64,000 nucleotides of DNA from an uncultured delta proteobacterium (GTDB lineage Bacteria; Desulfobacterota; Syntrophorhabdia; Syntrophorhabdales; WCHB1-27): NCBI GenBank assembly GCA_963810935.1, contig CAWEPK010000010.1, forward strand, positions 96,001 through 160,000, written 5' to 3'. Below are positions 59,109 to 64,000 of the stretch, piece by piece (the first letter of the stretch is position 1; each line of letters starts with the position of its first letter). The translations under genes were made by a program, and so were the position numbers. The notes beneath the pieces are model-generated. The model saw nothing but the letters and a program-made list of their open reading frames with translations, made no database searches and was not told the DNA's origin.

Positions 59109-62100
59109 ATGACAAAGGCTTCAAAGGCCGCGATAGGCGTCGCCGTCGTCCTGGCCGTTCTTATTGTTTTTCTTCTCTTTTTGCCCGGCTTCATGAACTT
59201 CGAGCCGGTCAAGTCGCGGCTCCTTTCCGCCATATCGCAAAGTACGGGCGCCACTGTAAAGGCTGCAAAGATAGAGGCCGCATTCCTTCCGCGCCCGTCG
59301 ATCACCCTCGCCCGGGGGGCAGTTGCCGGAAAAGTCTCCGGCACATTTGACGCGCTCTCTATCTATCCCCAGGTCCTGCCGCTATTTCTCGGAAAGCTGC
59401 GCCTCGCCCGGATCGACATCGAGGGCCCCGTTTTCCGCATGGATATGTCGCTTTTGACGGCTGCCCCGTCCTTGCCGAAATTATCAGTGAAGGCAATCGA
59501 GGACAAGGTGGCCCCGGCCGTTAGGCTCCTTACGTCGAACGTGCCGGGGCTGGCTGTCTCGGTCGCAAAAGGGAGGGTCACGCTCGTAGACGGCAGCCGG
59601 CAGGACTTCCGGCTCGACTCCATAGAATGCCTGATGAAGGTCGAAACGCACCGCGTCGAAACCGCGCTCGCCTGCTCGTCGGACGCCTGGCAGCACGCTT
59701 CCGTGAAGATGTGGATAAAACCGGAAGGGTTCAAGGGAGAGGTGAACCTGGACATGACGGGCTTTACGGCCGGCCTCGCGGCCAGGCGGTTCTTCCCGGC
59801 TGCCCGGCTGCAGGTCGAAGACGCCCTCGGAGACATAGCCGTGAAACTGCGGGTGGACGGCAGCTGCAGCCTGTATGCCGGACTCGATGGAAGCATCGAC
59901 CGCGTATCGCTGCGCAAAAGTAGCACAAGCCTCTCCTTGCAGAAGGTCCGCCTGAAAGGCTCCCTTCGCCTGGAAGGCGAGAAAACCATAGTTTCCGTCG
60001 AGCGCCTCGAAAGCGCCTATCCAACATGCAAGCTTTCCGGGGAGGCGACCATCGACCCCGCTTCACGGGCTGCGACCGCCCGCATCGATGGAGCACAAGC
60101 CGATGCAGCGGGCGCCCGCAGCACCGTTCTCTTTTTCGCCGGAGACGATCGGGACGTGCGCAACGTCTTCGACGTCGTTAGGGCCGGCAGTGTATCGGGG
60201 GCCACACTGAGCGCCAGGGGGACGTCGCTCCGCGACATGGTGAAAGCGGAGCATATTTCGGCTGCGGGCAGCGTGACGGGCGGTTCTATAGTCCTTCCCG
60301 ACAGCCTTCTTCCTGTCGATCGGATAGCCGGGGAGATGCGCATCACAGGCGGTTTCCTGGAAGGGACCGGCCTTTCCGGCCGTATGGGCGGAAATACCGC
60401 GACGAAGTCGAAAATACGGCTGGACTTGAGGGAAAGCACGCCCGGAACACCATTCCGGCTCGACTTGAACGTGAGGGCAGACGTGGCGCAAATTCCCTTT
60501 TATCTCGGGCGCCTCGTGCCGGACGCGGATTTCGTGCACGAGATCGCGATGGTGCACGCACCTTCCGGAAAGGCGGAGGGGCGAGTGGTTTACGATTCGC
60601 TCCAACAGCCTCTCCAGGTGGCTGTGGACGTCGAGTCTTTCGCCCTCCACGCAGTCTACGGCCGGTTCCCATACCCGTTGGATTTCGATGCGGGAAGCTT
60701 CCACTACGACACAAACGGAGAGCAGATCAGGGTGCAGGGTCTTTCGGGCAAAGCGGGCAAATCATCCTTCTCCGGCCTGTCCGCGGAGTTAGTCGCGGGG
60801 ACTGAGCCCTATCTCACGATCGATTCCGGGGCAGCAATTGCATCGCTTCAGGAGATCGACCCGTGGCTCCGCTCAATGGCGCCGTTGAAGGGCCCCCTCG
60901 ACAAGATCGGACCGGTGAACGGGACAATTACGATTGACGCCATCAACATGAAAGGACCCGTCTCTCAGCCGCACAGATGGCAGTTTCATGCCGCGGGGAA
61001 GGTGGAGAACGTCGCAGCCGACGCTGTATGGCTTCCGGGAGAAGCCGTGGCGAGGACGGGCGCATTCGACGTCTCGCAGGACCGGCTCTCCTTCTCGGGT
61101 CTGCACGCCGCTTGCCTCGACGCTTCAATCGCAGGGTCAGGCAAACTTACTTATACGCTGGAGGCGGTACAGCAGGTCGAGGTGGAGCTGGCTGGAGAAA
61201 TGGGAGACCGGACCGCGGAATGGGTATCGCAATTTGTTGATCTGCCTTCGAGGCTCTGGCTGCGGACACCGCTTTCGATATCGAAGGCGCACATCGCGTG
61301 GCAAAAAGACGAGACCTCCTTTTCGGGTAATTTTGCCGTTCACGACGGACCGCGGGTCGCCCTCGGCCTCGTTCATCGTCCAGGTGAATTTACGATCAAG
61401 CCCCTGGTAATCACCGATGCGCACTCGAACGCCTCCGTCTCTCTTTATGCTAAGGAGAAGGCGTTTGACTGCACCTTCAGCGGGAACCTTGCGGAAAGGA
61501 CCATCGACGACCTTTTTGCCGAAAAAGGGCTCGTCACAGGTCGGATAAAGGGAGACATAGAGGCGCATATCATCCCAGGCAAACCCTCGGCCTCGACGGC
61601 TAAGGGGAAAATCGAAGGCACGGGCATAAGCTTCCCCGGTTTCTCGAAGAGGCCATTTAAGGTGGCGGCGTTGGAGATCAGCGCGCAGGGGGAGAGCGCT
61701 ACCCTGAAGATAGACTTCACGGCCTTCGACCAGGCGATGAGCGCAAGCGGCAGGGTTGCCGCAGCGAAAGACGCCTTTACCCTCGACATGGACCTGTCTA
61801 CCGGCGGCCTGGACCTGGAGCGGATAGCGGAACAAGCGCACGGCCGGGACACCGGCGACATGCTGCGCGACCTGCCGATAGAAGGGACGGTGCGGGTCAG
61901 GCCGGAGTATGTAAGCTACGGCACATACCTGTGGAAACCGGTGCAGGCGGACGTCACTTTCATGCATGGCCCCATGCGCGTGATCGTAAACCAGGCGGAG
62001 ATTTGCGGTATCAACACCCCAGGCCGCATAGAGTATAACGACGGGCAATGGACGCTCGATTTCCTCCTTGCCTCTCAGGTCCAGCCCGTGCAGTCTACGT

Positions 62101-62741
62101 TCGCCTGCCTGATCGACGTCAAAGAGCTCACCGGCGTCTTTGCAGTCAGCGGAGAGGTAACGGCAAAAGGGAAAAACAGCGAGGAATTGATGCAGTCCCT
62201 CCGGGGGACCGCCAATTTCGTCGCCAAAGACGGCCGCATTTACCGATTCGGCACACTCGCCAAGGTCCTGGAGATCGCGGGGCTGAGCGCAATCTACGCC
62301 CTCCCCGAGCTTACCAAAAACGGGTTTGCTTACAGCTCAGTCAAAGCGACGCTGGCACTGGACAAGGACACGATCAAAATCGTAGAGGCCGAGCTCGACG
62401 CGGCTTCAGTGGACCTCCTTCTCAAAGGCGAGATAGACCCGGCCAAAAAGAAAACGGACCTCCTGGTGCTCGTAGTACCCTTCACGACGGCAAGCCGGAT
62501 AATCAAGGCCATCCCTGGCGTCCGCTATGTCCTGGCGGGGAGAGTCCTGGCAATTCCCGTCCATGTCTCCGGTGAGATAGGGCACCCCAACGTGACCCCT
62601 TTGCCTCCTTCGGCCGTAGGCTCGGAGCTGCTGGGCATGGGCGAGCGCTTCTTAAAGCTGCCGCTGAAGATCATCGAAAAAGTGCTACCGCGCGGAAGGG
62701 GATCGTCTCCGTCGGCCGAGCCTTCGACGGCTCCCCCGTAG
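59109..62741 (+). CDS. Large AsmA-like (YhdP/DUF3971-type) protein
   Basis: N-terminal TM anchor at MTKASKAAIG..., long beta-rich body, AsmA-like C-terminus (L.G...F....G.I; IPVHVSGEIGHPNV). Confidence 0.8.
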   Translation: MTKASKAAIGVAVVLAVLIVFLLFLPGFMNFEPVKSRLLSAISQSTGATVKAAKIEAAFLPRPSITLARGAVAGKVSGTFDALSIYPQVLPLFLGKLRLARIDIEGPVFRMDMSLLTAAPSLPKLSVKAIEDKVAPAVRLLTSNVPGLAVSVAKGRVTLVDGSRQDFRLDSIECLMKVETHRVETALACSSDAWQHASVKMWIKPEGFKGEVNLDMTGFTAGLAARRFFPAARLQVEDALGDIAVKLRVDGSCSLYAGLDGSIDRVSLRKSSTSLSLQKVRLKGSLRLEGEKTIVSVERLESAYPTCKLSGEATIDPASRAATARIDGAQADAAGARSTVLFFAGDDRDVRNVFDVVRAGSVSGATLSARGTSLRDMVKAEHISAAGSVTGGSIVLPDSLLPVDRIAGEMRITGGFLEGTGLSGRMGGNTATKSKIRLDLRESTPGTPFRLDLNVRADVAQIPFYLGRLVPDADFVHEIAMVHAPSGKAEGRVVYDSLQQPLQVAVDVESFALHAVYGRFPYPLDFDAGSFHYDTNGEQIRVQGLSGKAGKSSFSGLSAELVAGTEPYLTIDSGAAIASLQEIDPWLRSMAPLKGPLDKIGPVNGTITIDAINMKGPVSQPHRWQFHAAGKVENVAADAVWLPGEAVARTGAFDVSQDRLSFSGLHAACLDASIAGSGKLTYTLEAVQQVEVELAGEMGDRTAEWVSQFVDLPSRLWLRTPLSISKAHIAWQKDETSFSGNFAVHDGPRVALGLVHRPGEFTIKPLVITDAHSNASVSLYAKEKAFDCTFSGNLAERTIDDLFAEKGLVTGRIKGDIEAHIIPGKPSASTAKGKIEGTGISFPGFSKRPFKVAALEISAQGESATLKIDFTAFDQAMSASGRVAAAKDAFTLDMDLSTGGLDLERIAEQAHGRDTGDMLRDLPIEGTVRVRPEYVSYGTYLWKPVQADVTFMHGPMRVIVNQAEICGINTPGRIEYNDGQWTLDFLLASQVQPVQSTFACLIDVKELTGVFAVSGEVTAKGKNSEELMQSLRGTANFVAKDGRIYRFGTLAKVLEIAGLSAIYALPELTKNGFAYSSVKATLALDKDTIKIVEAELDAASVDLLLKGEIDPAKKKTDLLVLVVPFTTASRIIKAIPGVRYVLAGRVLAIPVHVSGEIGHPNVTPLPPSAVGSELLGMGERFLKLPLKIIEKVLPRGRGSSPSAEPSTAPP

Positions 62742-62817
62742 GACGGACACGGCCGGTTGTGCATGGGCGAAGTTTCCTATTGAAGAAGTCCCGCTTAATT
62801 GTTAAGGTTAGCGCGAG

Positions 62818-63156
62818 ATGAAAGAAGACGATAACGAGTCGAGACCGGCAGATGAAGACGTTCCGGAGACCTTTCTTTCCGCTATTTCGGAGCGGCTGAA
62901 GAACGCCAGGAAAATCTTATCCGAGGCCTTTTACGGGTTCGCCGTCCACGAGTTCGAGGTACAGCTAAGGAAAGACAAGGGGGACCTCTATAATCTCTTC
63001 ATGCTTATCGTTTTCGGCGATCTCATCGGCCTGCCGCTGCTGCCCCCGTATTATGCCATGAGGCTTATCCCGCACATCCTCCCTTACTATGAGGTATGGA
63101 GAAGAAACCTGCTCCGCGAAAAAGATCTCATGGACATGTTCTCCGGGGACCTTTAA
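62818..63156 (+). CDS. Small hypothetical protein, resembling a family often found beside CstA/ArsA
   Basis: LFMLIVFGDLIGLP..PPYYAMRLIP...W motif recognised from memory; function unknown. Confidence 0.65.
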   Translation: MKEDDNESRPADEDVPETFLSAISERLKNARKILSEAFYGFAVHEFEVQLRKDKGDLYNLFMLIVFGDLIGLPLLPPYYAMRLIPHILPYYEVWRRNLLREKDLMDMFSGDL

Positions 63157-63245
63157 ACCCGACTCCGCGGCCTGCCCGGCGCTTTGCGATGAAAAACGGC
63201 CCGACGTAAGGAGGGAAGGGTCGCCTGGAGGTGGCGTTGAACCCG

Positions 63246-63281
63246 ATTACTGCCGGAGCGAGCGCCGAGCGCGGCAGTAAT
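63246..63281. repeat. Inverted repeat adjacent to the IS110 end
   Basis: ATTACTGCCG-N16-CGGCAGTAAT. Confidence 0.6.
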
Positions 63282-63305
63282 AAAGCAAGCGTATGCGCCG
63301 CGCCG

Positions 63306-64000
<695 letters not shown>

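Overview
The window is bacterial, GC-rich and looks like an anaerobe. The gene content (PEP-CTERM protein, GEMM-I riboswitch, tetraheme cytochrome, TRAP/LIV transporters, molybdoenzymes) suggests a Desulfobacterota/Syntrophorhabdus-like organism; this is inference only. (1) 1-8679 is the right-hand part of a visibly lower-GC island integrated at a tRNA-Leu(CAA); only the 3' half of the tRNA remains, at 8623-8679. It carries a tyrosine integrase, an XRE HTH, an excisionase, a Zn-ribbon protein and a small HUH rolling-circle Rep. Its cargo is three co-oriented genes: a divergent DisA/DAC-like cyclase domain protein, translationally coupled to a 452-aa protein with a HEPN-like N-terminus, followed by a Schlafen/AlbA_2 protein. 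This cargo is the best candidate for an undescribed nucleotide-signalling defence system. (2) 8.7-16.7 kb has an older integrase remnant, ackA, a P3A H+-ATPase, phosphoketolase and a USP. (3) 17.2-25.3 kb has a LIV-type ABC transporter operon ending in a TAT-less reductive dehalogenase and a PLP aminotransferase, facing a 2-hydroxyacid dehydrogenase. (4) 26-41.7 kb has a TRAP transporter, IclR, an aryl-acid ligase, an atypical xanthine-oxidase-family enzyme, an OYE-GltD fusion, RidA, Hbd and a MopB enzyme, probably an anaerobic aromatic-acid pathway. (5) 42-64 kb has a c-di-GMP-I riboswitch ahead of a thioester-domain-like PEP-CTERM protein, a split flavocytochrome c, transporters, paired TPR lipoproteins, an apparently exported AmmeMemoRadiSam system, AsmA-like proteins and the 3' part of an IS110 element. 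Four genes carry single +1 frameshifts that look like sequencing errors. No CRISPR array, rRNA or intact tRNA was seen. All family assignments come from motif recognition by eye; no database search was run.
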